Shown: positions 11,631 through 22,874 of the stretch, one piece after another
Numbering within the stretch: the first letter of the stretch is position 1
Layout of the letters: every line of letters starts with the position of its first letter
Source of the DNA: Antedon mediterranea
Taxonomy: Eukaryota > Animalia > Echinodermata
NCBI RefSeq assembly: GCF_964355755.1
Contig: NC_092670.1
Coordinates: forward strand, 34,460,388-34,524,387
Length of the DNA: 64,000 nt
Direction: 5' to 3'
The notes under the pieces: generated by a model
Seen by the model: only the letters and a program-made list of their open reading frames with translations
Database searches by the model: none
Told to the model about the DNA's origin: nothing
Program-made: the position numbers and the translations under genes

Positions 11631-11871
11631 TACCCTCATTCACCCAAATGAAAATTTAAAAAAATAAATCAAATACTTAAATAACACGTAAAGATCAAAT
11701 TTCATTTTCGTTGTTGCTTTAAAAAAAAACACAATCTTTATTTTAACACACATTCTATTTCAATATATTTTACAACCATAATAATAATAAATTTACCGAA
11801 AAAGAAATAAGAATTATAAAAATATATAACATTAATTAAAAGTGTTAAGATAATATTTAAATTTGTACAAA

Positions 11872-12144
11872 TTACAATTGGTTAAGAATCTTATTAAACA
11901 GTTCTGAATCATTTGTAATCAACTTTATGGCTTTATCGAACGCATCAAAATTGATACAACGTAAATGAAAGTAGTTTAGCGCCAATTCAAAATGGGTAGC
12001 GCTATTGTCCACAAGTTTCAATGCCAGAATTGGTCGAAAAAATGTTAGGAGTTGCTCATATCTTGAGCCGTGAAAGTTATAACATTCAACCATGTCATTC
12101 AGAATGAATATAAATTCTTCTATGAAAACCTCAATTGTTCTCAT
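11872..12144 (-). CDS. 90-aa unknown protein, right-arm copy
   Basis: Mirror of 1719-1991 with 2 aa differences. Confidence 0.55.
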   Translation of the reverse strand: MRTIEVFIEEFIFILNDMVECYNFHGSRYEQLLTFFRPILALKLVDNSATHFELALNYFHLRCINFDAFDKAIKLITNDSELFNKILNQL

Positions 12145-12596
12145 TATTTCTTTGTACTTAAGTTCGGTAGTATAGTTTCTTTCTTAATTTCCGCCTCCAG
12201 CACAGGGTTCAGGTACTCTTCCGTAAACACCTCATCTTCTACCTCATCTTCAACATCGGCTTTTCTTGCCAGAAATAGGTGGTAGTCACCTACCGATGAC
12301 GTGTCACCATATACAATCCTCTCTTCGTCAGAAATTATTCTCGATCTATAATGATCGTCTTCTTCAGTAAACATAATATATACATTATTTAAATCAACGT
12401 TCATTGGAGGTGGGGGATGAATCGCCAGTAAACACGTCATATCCTCCATCTCTTCCTCCTCCTCTGCTGTAAAATAGGCACCAGTCATAGCTAGTATGTC
12501 TTCGTCTTCAGATTCTGAATCATTGGTTATATCTATAACTTCTACTTCGACATCAGAGTCCATAGTAAGATCAATGATTTTAATCACGGAACCCAT
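12144..12596 (-). CDS. Acidic double-SIM protein, right-arm copy
   Basis: Mirror of 1267-1719 with about 9 aa differences; frame open. Confidence 0.6.
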   Translation of the reverse strand: MGSVIKIIDLTMDSDVEVEVIDITNDSESEDEDILAMTGAYFTAEEEEEMEDMTCLLAIHPPPPMNVDLNNVYIMFTEEDDHYRSRIISDEERIVYGDTSSVGDYHLFLARKADVEDEVEDEVFTEEYLNPVLEAEIKKETILPNLSTKK

Positions 12597-14615
12597 AGTA
12601 ACTAGTTGTTGGTTTTTGGATGAATATGCTAAGTCTGTCAGGCTGTAGTGTTGTGGAATGAGGTAAAGATGACAAAATATTCGAGAGTTATATACAGTCA
12701 ATGGAATACATTCAGCATTTACTAACTTTGTTTCAGCCAATTGTCATTGTTGTATTTCCTGTCGGAACATTGTATCGAAGCGCCGTGTATCTTTTGTTTC
12801 ATTAAGTAGCTTCCCCAATGTCATTCAATTTACAAAATGTCCGTTCCAAGATTATCAAACCGTTTTCCAAAAGATTATATTGTAATTACGGGAACTGTTT
12901 TAACCAATCGTAATTTTGTAAGTGGGGAAACGACGAACCGCGACACATAACTTTAAAAAAACCGCCACTGTAAATTATACTAACATACCTTTTGTTTAAA
13001 TCTTTTAAAATTACCGCCACTGTAACTTATATAATACACCTTTTGTTTATATTGCAGATGTTCCTATTTGTTAAAATTTCTCGGAATTAATCAAACAAAC
13101 GCATATGTACTACAATAAGCATACTTACCCTCATTTAAATTACCTCCACTAATTCAAATATACATTGTCTAACTTTCTTACCATCGTTAACTATTGTATT
13201 TTTCAAATAAAATAACAACTCCATTGTCTTACAGTCCTTTTTTGTTTTATTTTAAAAGGAAACAAAGAATTCTTTATGTAAAACGTAAACCATTTAAATG
13301 AAAATGAAACTTAATTTTAAAATTTCCGACAATACATGACGTCATGTAATCAAATTAAATAATACCTATATTGTTATATATCCGAAACATCACACATATT
13401 TTATACTATCACAACAACTATTGTTTTATTCTTCCGTAGTCATTTACTCTTCAGTACTTTGTACAGCTAGCTGACTAATATTCACAATTTTGTAAAAACA
13501 GTATTTTTATTTATTATTTAATAATTTTATATTATAATGTATATTAATATATAACAATTCTATATAACAATTCTAGTGAAATGATATACTCTATTGTCTT
13601 ATACTATCCCATTGTTAACCATTGTTATAATCACGACTGACTAGACCTTCACCCCCACTACTAACGTCTGAGCAGTTTTTGAATTATTAAATCGTATGTA
13701 TAATAATTGTTGTATCAGGTACGAAAGCAAGCTTCTAAACTAAATGGCTATCCACATCAAAAACATAAACTTTCGCATGATACACAATAGAAATAGAAAG
13801 CATAGATGTTTTGTTTTAAGTTGTTTTTAGTTTGGATTTTTATTCATTTTTAGTTTTTCCAACTATCGATACTTTTCTATTGATTCATACGCGCATGCGC
13901 CACATCGTAGTTTCTGTAAAGTTGATTTTAAAAATGAGTAAATTTCGATCCTAGAAAGTCAAGTCAAAGATATTCGACGGCACCAATATTTAAAATCAAA
14001 GTTTATTATTTGTATGTACCTTCTCCAACAAAATGATTCTTAAACAACAAAGAAACTAATAGAAACATCAATCAACAGAGTTCAAGATTTAATAAAAAAA
14101 ATTGTACATAATAAAACAATAAAGCATTTTCACGATTCGAAAAAAGATTAGATCCAAAAATAAAAATTTCACTTAAAAATGATTGGCTAATATATCCTCA
14201 ATAATTGAGTTAGCGGTTACAAGTAGAACTCTTTGTGTATTACTAAAATAATATATGCTATACAATATTTACATTAAGTAGTATAGGGCTACTACTGATA
14301 ATTGAAAGAACGAACGAATTAGAGAAGAGAGTAAATAAAAAAATCCCAGAACAACATGCAATAAACAATATTCATCATTTTTAATCGTCAAGACACACAG
14401 TTTACCGGAACTGTGAATGATAGATGGCGGAATACTGCAATATTTGCCTTTAGAATAGACCGTACCTATCACTTCAGTTTTGAAAGGTTATTGGAACTGC
14501 ATCCATTTAAATGTTATTGTTTAGTCTTTTTACATGTTTTTTTTTTAATATAGCCCAATCACTGATCGCATAATAAGCTTTATAACAATTATTGTTAAGT
14601 ATGCTTATATTATTT

Positions 14616-17318
14616 TCAAGTATCATTATCATTGTCATTGGTTCTGTACATTGTTTTCAATGGCTTGAAGCAGTCATCCACTTTATCATCTGATTTCATG
14701 TTTTCGGTTGATTCATTGCTCACTTTGAAGTTACAGTCATAACATTCATTTCTAAACCGTTCAACATGTTCCAAATTATTTGTAACTTTGTGCGAGAGAG
14801 ATACCTTATCTGCTTCATCATCTTTATTACTATCATCTTTAGATTGTCCAACGTTGGCATATTTCATCGTAGATTCAAATGGTTCATTATCTGTTGTCTT
14901 GTGTTTCACTGCTTTCGTCAGCCTACTTGTTGAAGGCAAGTCACTTTCATCAATAATTGTAAACACATCTTTAGTTTGTGCTACTTTTGTAGGCCTACTT
15001 TTCTTCGCAGACTCAAATGGATCATTGACTTTTTGCTTGGGTCTCGGTATTTCCGCCAGCCTACTTGTTGAAGGCTGATCACTTTCTGTAATACTTGTAA
15101 ACACATCTTTAGTTTGTGCTACTTCTTTAAGCCTACTTTCCTTCGTAGATTCAAATGGTTCAGTATCGTCTTGATTGAGTCTGACTACTTTCGTCAGTCT
15201 ACTTTCATTAATACTGGTGGTACATAAATCTTCATCTTGTTCTAATGTCATGTTTTCTTTCGGAAATTGTAATGATCCATCTGCTGTCTTTGGTCTCGCA
15301 TCTTCTGCCTGTCTAGTTGAAGGTTGATCGTCGTCATCATCATCAGCAACAACGATATAATATACGTCTTCAAGTGGTTCCACTTTTGTATTTTCTTCCG
15401 TAGATTTAGCTGATTTATGGTCCGTTTGCTTTGATCCTACAACATCTGCCTCCTGACTGTAATAATATGTTGAGAGTTGATAATCATCACCTGCAGTGCT
15501 ATAGTATATGTCTACAGATTGTTTCACATTCTTGTTATCTTTCGCCTTGAAGGATTCATCTGCTTGCTTTGGTCTAACAGAATCTACTTGTCTATTGGTT
15601 GAAAGTCGATTATCAATATTTCTAATGACATAATATATGTCTTCAGGTCGTTGGGTTGGGTTTTCCTTTTTAGATCTGGACGGCTCGTTGTCTGCTTGAT
15701 TAGGTCTCACCGCTTTCTCATGTCTCCTTGTTGAAGATTGATATTCTTCAATGCTATAATATATATCTTCAGATTGTTCCTCTGATTTACTATTATTAGA
15801 AACTAAAGGATTTGAAAATGATTTGAAAGATTCAGTATCTGATGCATTTGGTTTCACATCCTCTGCTTGTTTACTTGCTGAAGTCTCATCATCACCATCA
15901 TTTTTATTTCCATGATATACGGCTTTTTGTTGCATTACTTTTGTTTTTTCCGTTTTCATTCCAGTGTTTGACTTCTCATCGTGGAATCTTTTAAGTACAT
16001 AAAGCAATACAACTATAACAACCAGCAACAGGAGTCCAAGTATTATGATGCTGAAATCTTTTAAATCTTGATCGCAATTTACTTTGTTGAACTGTTGGAA
16101 TGTATCTGTACGATGATTGCAAGATACCATTTTGTCTGTTGGCTTACCGTCATTCCCAGAGCTTGTTTGTATCTCATTCACTTCAAATTCTACATAATCT
16201 GAGGTAGGCCTATGCTGAATAGTTGTACGATGGTTGTTAGTTACCATTTTGCCTGTCGCTATACCGTCATCCCCAGAAGTCGTTTTTGTTTCTGCTGGTA
16301 TAATATCGGTTACTTCAAATTCTACAGAATCTGAAGTATGCTGATTTTCAGTAATCACCAGACACGTAACACTGTAAATACCAACAGACAAATCTTGAAA
16401 GCATGTCTCTTTGCCAGTATTGTCAACGTTTCCATTCAATATCCAGATATACGTTCTTTGACCAATTCCAGCCGTAGCTACACAATAAAAGCAATGTTCT
16501 CCACCACCAGCGTTCAAAGTTTGGATTTTCACCACTAACCGCGAGTAAACTTTTACAATTAATGCATAACAATTATTTCTATATTCTGTGTCATTTAGGT
16601 TCTCTCTGGAAGAACAGTAAAAGAAAATACCATCCGGGCCCAATTGAAAGCCTTTGAAAGTTTGATTAAAACTCACTGTCATTGAGGTATCATGCAAACT
16701 GTACGACTGTGTAATTTTATTTGAACCTTGGATCCATCCTATTGTTATTTCATATGCAACGTCGTTAGAGTTTCTAAAAAATGTATATTCCAGCTTGCAG
16801 GCAGTTGTTACTTCACCTCCCTCTATGATGTACTCTACTAACTCTTCACAGATTATTTTCCATTCACCGTATGTACGCGGATGTATTTTACCATAAACGT
16901 CACCAGCGGTAATCATAAAATGTTGATTATCCTTATTCTGACATGTGTATATTCCTTTATCATTGTTATTATTGAAAGTTAGTAAGAACTGACATTTTAC
17001 TTCTTGAAAATTTGTTTCAGAAAATGTTTTGTAGTAATATAACACCGAATAGCTACTAGCGATATAGCTTAAAGCTTGTCCATGTATGCTGTACGTTTTA
17101 TTTGATGGAATGACTTTCACGGGTTGCTGGTCTTCTGGGCCATAGGTAACAAAGTAAAAATCAAACTTAACGAGCTGTTCTTCTGCAGTTACAGATCTGA
17201 AAATCAGCAAACTTATCATAAGAATTAGACACAGATTAAAACACGACATAGTGTACCACCTGAGTAGACGTAAACCTACCGTACTGTTGTACAAAGCTTG
17301 TGATAATTTCTTCTTCAT
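14616..17318 (-). CDS. Intronless type I membrane receptor: signal peptide, Ig-like ectodomain, Thr-rich stalk, TM, long tyrosine-repeat tail
   Basis: 900-aa ORF; MSCFNLCLILMISLLIFRSVTA signal; DKGIYTC and C..W..C Ig-like patterns; TM FSIIILGLLLLVVIVVLLYVL-KR; ~45-aa repeats with EDIYYSI, EDIYYVI and EDVYYIV. Confidence 0.85.
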   Translation of the reverse strand: MKKKLSQALYNSTVGLRLLRWYTMSCFNLCLILMISLLIFRSVTAEEQLVKFDFYFVTYGPEDQQPVKVIPSNKTYSIHGQALSYIASSYSVLYYYKTFSETNFQEVKCQFLLTFNNNNDKGIYTCQNKDNQHFMITAGDVYGKIHPRTYGEWKIICEELVEYIIEGGEVTTACKLEYTFFRNSNDVAYEITIGWIQGSNKITQSYSLHDTSMTVSFNQTFKGFQLGPDGIFFYCSSRENLNDTEYRNNCYALIVKVYSRLVVKIQTLNAGGGEHCFYCVATAGIGQRTYIWILNGNVDNTGKETCFQDLSVGIYSVTCLVITENQHTSDSVEFEVTDIIPAETKTTSGDDGIATGKMVTNNHRTTIQHRPTSDYVEFEVNEIQTSSGNDGKPTDKMVSCNHRTDTFQQFNKVNCDQDLKDFSIIILGLLLLVVIVVLLYVLKRFHDEKSNTGMKTEKTKVMQQKAVYHGNKNDGDDETSASKQAEDVKPNASDTESFKSFSNPLVSNNSKSEEQSEDIYYSIEEYQSSTRRHEKAVRPNQADNEPSRSKKENPTQRPEDIYYVIRNIDNRLSTNRQVDSVRPKQADESFKAKDNKNVKQSVDIYYSTAGDDYQLSTYYYSQEADVVGSKQTDHKSAKSTEENTKVEPLEDVYYIVVADDDDDDQPSTRQAEDARPKTADGSLQFPKENMTLEQDEDLCTTSINESRLTKVVRLNQDDTEPFESTKESRLKEVAQTKDVFTSITESDQPSTSRLAEIPRPKQKVNDPFESAKKSRPTKVAQTKDVFTIIDESDLPSTSRLTKAVKHKTTDNEPFESTMKYANVGQSKDDSNKDDEADKVSLSHKVTNNLEHVERFRNECYDCNFKVSNESTENMKSDDKVDDCFKPLKTMYRTNDNDNDT

Positions 17319-18135
17319 ACCAAATGATCAATGTAGATATGAACAAAACTAATCAAAGAACTAGTTAGACCGACATTCAAACACAACCTTTCAAATGATA
17401 AACAATCAGAAATAAAAAGTATACAAACTTGGTTTTTATAGATCTAATGTATTCTAAAATGTAAACATACATTCAATCTTGCTCTCTACACAAAGAGATT
17501 ATATTCCGTTAGTGCTAATTAACATTAAGATTGCATAAACTTGTAAGCGATACTAATACTATTACTACTTCTCTGTCTTTGGAAATAAATTAATTAAAAT
17601 ATGGTGTGGAAGGTATAGATCTCTTTATTTAGATAATAATAAAATAATTAATAATAAAATAAATAATGATAAATCCCTTCAATTTCCCCTATTACAAATT
17701 GTGCATACGAGTTCAACGCGAGGAAATTGTGCAGCCATTTACCCGATTATACTTTTAAGTTTAGGATCAAGCCTTACATTGGTTAGCAGCGTCATTAGTT
17801 AAATGTGTAAAAAGTTTTTGAATGTGGCTATACTATACATTGAACTTGTTGAGCAAGCCAAACATCTTCAATGCCATACCGGTACAGCCAATCTTTGATA
17901 TCTAAGTCACAGCATGCTCGACCGTGCATTTGGTAGGCAATGTACAGCAGTGCTCCACCCATCGATCGCAAACACGATCTCTATCGAAAAATACTGTATT
18001 GTGTAACTGTAGCATGTAACTATACTAACATTTATTTTATAATAGCAGGAATTAAATTTAACTAATTTTAAAAAGAGTTCCAGAAGGTCTTAGGTCCTTC
18101 AAATATAATAGATAGACTGCTTACCATAATCATGA

Positions 18136-21100
18136 TTAGGCCATATTTATATTTACATAATCATAATCATAATCATCATCGTTGTTGTCATCTGTACTAT
18201 ATATTATATTTTTATCTCTCTGCGTTGTTTCAATGTGTTGCATATAGTCCGACTCCTTTTCATTTGGTTCGGATTCATTGGTTACATTGAAACTAGTGTG
18301 GCCATAACAATCATTTGTAAATAGCTCAACATGTTTCATTTTATTTGTGTGTCTACTATTTAGGCCTACTTTTTGTGAAAGAGGTTCCTATTTGTGCGTG
18401 GTACACTCAGCTAGCCCGTCTCGGTACTGGCATCTCCTCGATGGCTGTCCGTTACTTTACTGCTGACCTAAAATCTTTCAACCAGGGTAAATGTTTCTAC
18501 GATAATCCATCTTTCTTCAACATTGCTAAGGAGCTCCGGATATTGAGAAAACCGAGAGGTTCTCGTGGTGGCAGAAATAAAAGTCGTAAGATTAAAGTCG
18601 TTATTGGTAATGGGCGTAGGCCTAGGCCTACCACCATGGCCGCCCTCAACAAAAGTGGCTCTTCTCGAAATAATCTGGTCACAATTAAACTACGTAGATC
18701 AAGAGTTTCTTGTCCGAGACTTTTCCTTGCTAATGCCCGCTCTGTTAAAAATAAGATTGATGAATTTGAAGCCACCATTTCCAAATTCAAAGTTGATATA
18801 GCTGTGTTAACAGAGACTTGGCTGAATGATGCTACTATTGATTTTGTGAATTGTTCCGGTTTTAAAAAGTTCACGAAAAATAGATGCAACAAGAGAGGTG
18901 GTGGTGTTGCTATTTTTGTTGGTGATGATTTTGCAAGTTGTTAACTTCGCTACACGAAAGGATGCCCTGTTGGACAAGATATTTTTGAGTCGTGCTGATC
19001 TTTACCATCTTCCGCAACGCTTAGCGCCACTGGGTCGGAGTGACCATAATGCCATCCTATTGGAACCACTGATTGAATTACCTCAGCACAAGCGTCTATC
19101 AGTGCGTTCTCAGCCATATCGTGACTCCTCTGTTTTGTCCTTTGGTCAATGGGTTACAACCCATGAGTGGAATGATGTGCTGAATATTGAGGACGTCAAT
19201 CGAAAAACCAAAATGTTCTCTTCAATTTTGAATGGTGCTTTTAACAAGATATTTCCTGTGCTGAGTAGGAACAAGCGCACTGCTGACAAGCCCTGGATGT
19301 CCGACAAGATTCGAAGATTAATTGACTCTAGACAAAATTTGTTTCGTAGGTTTGGTAGAACGGATGAGTGGCGTTCAATTCGCAACTTAGTCCAAGATTG
19401 TATTAGAAAGGCTAAAAACAAATATTATTGTAATTCCTTATTAAGTCTTAAACGTAACAACCCTGCCATGTGGCATAAAGGTATTAAACAACTATGTAAT
19501 CTTAAGACTAAAAATACTAATTTCACCTTGCCTGGGCTGTCCAAAGTTGAAACTGCCTCTGAGATTAATGCCCATTTCTCTAGTGTTTGTAATGCCATCC
19601 CTCCTCTTAATTTAAACGATTTGCCTGCTTATCTCCCAGCCCCTGGGCCACCACCTTTAATATATGCTGGTCAGGTCCTAAAAGCCCTTTGTAATCTTAA
19701 GCCTAACAAAGCTGGCCATCCAGATGAACCTCCTATTAAACTATATAGAGATTTTGCTCCTGAACTTGCTGAACCTGTTGCGGATATCTTCAATCATGCA
19801 TTGAAGGATGGTGTTTTCCCCGACCTTTGGAAAAGGGCTACTGCAGTTCCCATTCCTAAAACAGTGAATGCTAGTTCTGTCTCTGACCTTAGACCTATTT
19901 CCCTTACCTATGTTCTTGCCAGGGTATTTGAATCTTTTATTGTTAAGTGGATTCTTGAAGATATTAAGGGTAAATTAGATTCTCGTCAATTTGGTAGTAG
20001 GAAAAAGGCTTCCTCAACTCACTATCTTGTTAGTCTTATTGACTCTACACTCAAAGATGTTGAGAAGGGTAAATGTTATGTTAACCTATGTGCCACTGAC
20101 TTTACTAAAGCTTTTGATCGTGTTGATCATAATGTTATTATTATAAAGTTGATTGAACTGGGTGTGAGGTCGTCCATAATTCCCATCGTCTGCAGCTTTC
20201 TCACTTCCCGTTCTCTCAACACCAAGTTTGCTGGGATTTTGTCATCTTCAAAGTCACTGACTTGTGGTGTCCCACAGGGGACATTGCTTGGCCCTGTACT
20301 TTTCCTAGTACTTATTAACGATGCTTGTGTTGATTGCTGCAGACGATGGAAATATGTGGATGACCTCACCCTTGGGGAGGTCGTTCGCAAAGGTGATTTG
20401 CCTTCCATGCAATCCCTGTTAGATGATCTGAGTGTTTGGTGTTCATCCAATAATATGATACCCAAACCCTCCAAATGCCATATCTTGGTTGTCAATTTTC
20501 TTAAGGACAAGTCGGATGATATTATATCGCCTTCTTTTAGTCTGAGTGGTTCCATTTTACAAGTAGTTGATCACATGACGCTTCTTGGTGTAATCATTCA
20601 AAATGACCTGAAATGGGAACTTAACACTAATAATATTGTGTCTAGAGCTTCTAGACGTTTATTTTCCTTGTGCATTTTGAAGAAAGCAGGAATCTTAATT
20701 AATGATCTGTTGACTGTTTATATGGCGTATATAAGACCTATTTTAGAATATGCTGCCCCTGTTTGGCATGGCGCTATCACTAAGGACATGTCCAAGTCTA
20801 TTGAAAAGGTACAAAAGAGAGCATTGCGTATCATGCTAGGTAACAACTATTTGTGCTATGATCATGCATTGTCTGTTACTGGTTTACCTACTCTTGTAGA
20901 GAGAAGAAACAAACTTGTGTTGTCCTTCGGGGAAGGCTTATTAAAATCCGAGCTGTTTAGAGAAATACTTCCCCCTCTTCATAAGCCAGCTCGGTCTCTC
21001 AGAGTCAACCGCTTTCTTGAAGTACCTCATTGTAAAACCAGCAGACTTAGGTCGTCTCCAGTTCCCACCATGGTGGATATAATTAATAGGCACCACTAGC

Positions 21101-21675
21101 TCTTTTTTAGATATGTAATAAGTGAATGTTTTAAGGTTTTTTATTCATGTATGTTTTTAATTGTATGGTACGATATCTAATTTTATTAAGATGTTTCTAT
21201 TTTTATAGCAATTTTAACTAATTTTTAGTCATTTGTAATACATTTCATTTCAGTCCTTGACTGTCGTTTTGTAATATATTTTTATATACCGAATAAATAA
21301 ATTTAAAAAAATCATGTGCTTGCTTTAATCGCAATACTTCTGCTGTATGTTTCCTTAGAGAAGGTTGATCTTCATCATATGTAACGCCGTCTCTTCGTTG
21401 TTTGACTTTTGTTTTGTTCTTGATTCCAGTTTTTGATTTATTATCGTAGAATATTTTCAGTACACCAAGTAATACAATAACAACAACCAGCAACAGGATT
21501 CCAAGTATTATAATGACTAAATCTTTTAAATATTCATCGTAATTGAATATGATCAATATATCGTTTGACGAGTTACATTTCGTTCGATAAGTGCCGGTCA
21601 TCGTGTTCTCTGTTGGCATGCCAATATCACCAGAGTTCGTATTTGTTGTCATTTTTACTTTTAAAATTCGAAAGA
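18136..21675 (-). pseudogene. Short-tail receptor paralogue, 5'-truncated and split by a LINE
   Basis: 21312-21675 and 18136-18397 together reconstruct a near copy of 25338-25955 (same TM, ends DDDYDYDYVNINMA). Confidence 0.85.
18398..21311 (+). mobile_element. L2/CR1-clade LINE, near full length, with an internal deletion/frameshift in the endonuclease
   Basis: NARSV, TETWL, GGGVAIFV then a jump to TR..LLDKIF; RT motifs LRPISLT, DFTKAFD, GVPQGTLLGP, YVDD; 3' AATAAATAAA plus A-tail; boundaries defined by the empty paralogue near 25590. Confidence 0.92.
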
Positions 21676-22187
21676 ATTTAATTTTATTAAAAGGCCTAAT
21701 TATGATACGCCATGTGTGGCAAAATATATCCTCTTTACGAATACTAATCTAAGTCTAAGAAATCAGAATATGTTGTCAGGTCAGAGGCATAGTCAGTTTA
21801 AAATCTGCTATATTGTATATTGGCTAAGCAGTCATCTGTATATGTCTAGTCAAGTTTGAGGGTACTGTAAGATCTTTATTCATTCATTTGATTAAAATTG
21901 CCTTCAGGTTCACCCCAAAACACAAACATAATGTTTCCGTTTTTCATTCTATGTATTTATTATACCGCAAAGTAATTAACTTACATATTTCTTCCCAAAA
22001 TGAGGCGAAGAAGCCATTAAATGAGTAAATTACGTGAAATTAATAACATCAAGCTTAGAGATATAGCGACGCAACGCAAGGACGAGATGCAATGCAAGCC
22101 AGCTGACCAATCCAACCAATTCGAATGATCCATCGCTTGTGATTGGTCAAATCACTTACGTTTTGCTTACGTCCTTGCGTTGCCTTT

Positions 22188-22874
22188 TTATTGGCCACTA
22201 TTCTGTGGAAGCTCACATGCATAAAATAGTTGATAGGAACATGGCGCGTCGTTCCATGTTGTGACTGAATTATGCATGTTCCATAGATGACCACAGTGCT
22301 CGTTGTGATTAGCATTACCATTGTCTGGCTGGTTATTACCCCAGTTTGTGTAAGTCACCAACTGGTTGTTTTCGCTCCATCTCCAAGAACCTTCCAAAGC
22401 TGCATCAGTCAAACCAAGCCAGATGGTAATGAGAAAGTTAGTTACTGACATACCACCTGTAGCTGAATTCCAAAGTAGTGCAATAAACTGGTTTTCATCA
22501 TCAGTTTGGATTGACACCAAATGTCCCATTGCAGCCCTTTGATTAGATTTAAGAATATTCACATTTAAGTTTAACTCGCACATATTATCTACAATGACAC
22601 TGTTCTCAATTCATTTACATAGGCCTATTGGTATTGTTTTAACGAAATTATGTAATAATATTATAAGGAACACCGATAAACAAAACTAAGGTACAAACCC
22701 ATTGAAGTGAGTGTTACAGTTGTTTTCTGCTTCAGACCACGTTAGCTTGGTCCCGAAGATTCGATAGCAACTGTTTTGAAAAGGAGTCCAGAATGCGGGG
22801 CATAAACCTACTGGATATGACTCGGTAACAATAGACAATACAGCTATTGTCAAAGCTAAAAACACAATCTTCAT
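22188..22874 (-). CDS. Secreted C-type lectin, galactose-type (QPD/WND); exons 22874-22699 and 22536-22188, 174 aa
   Basis: Signal peptide; GG|GTTTGT donor and CAAAG|G acceptor join in frame (525 nt); HLVSI, WLGLTD, EGSWRWS, YTNW, QPDN, EHC, WNDAPC, FYACE. Confidence 0.92.

Larger units (their letters stand above)
1046..12817. repeat. Large inverted duplication: arms ~1046-6477 and ~8291-12817, spacer ~6478-8290
   Basis: Mirror-image ORFs (1123-1991 + vs 11872-12740 -) and direct reverse-complement matches at the outer (tggggaagct/agcttcccca) and inner (gtttaagttgtta/taacaacttaaac) junctions. Confidence 0.95.
248..13662. mobile_element. Degenerate, internally rearranged Polinton/Maverick (adintovirus-like) element
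   Basis: Starts AGTAGT (248) and ends ACTACT (13657-13662). ACAATGG-rich subterminal repeats occur at both ends, and 349-420 is a diverged inverted match to ~13161-13232. Integrase and A32-like ATPase remnants lie inside. No matching 6-bp TSD; no pPolB or capsid recognised. Confidence 0.75.

Noticed and set aside
18497-20555. Minus-strand ORFs of 91-142 aa
   Set aside because: Antisense shadows of the LINE ORF.
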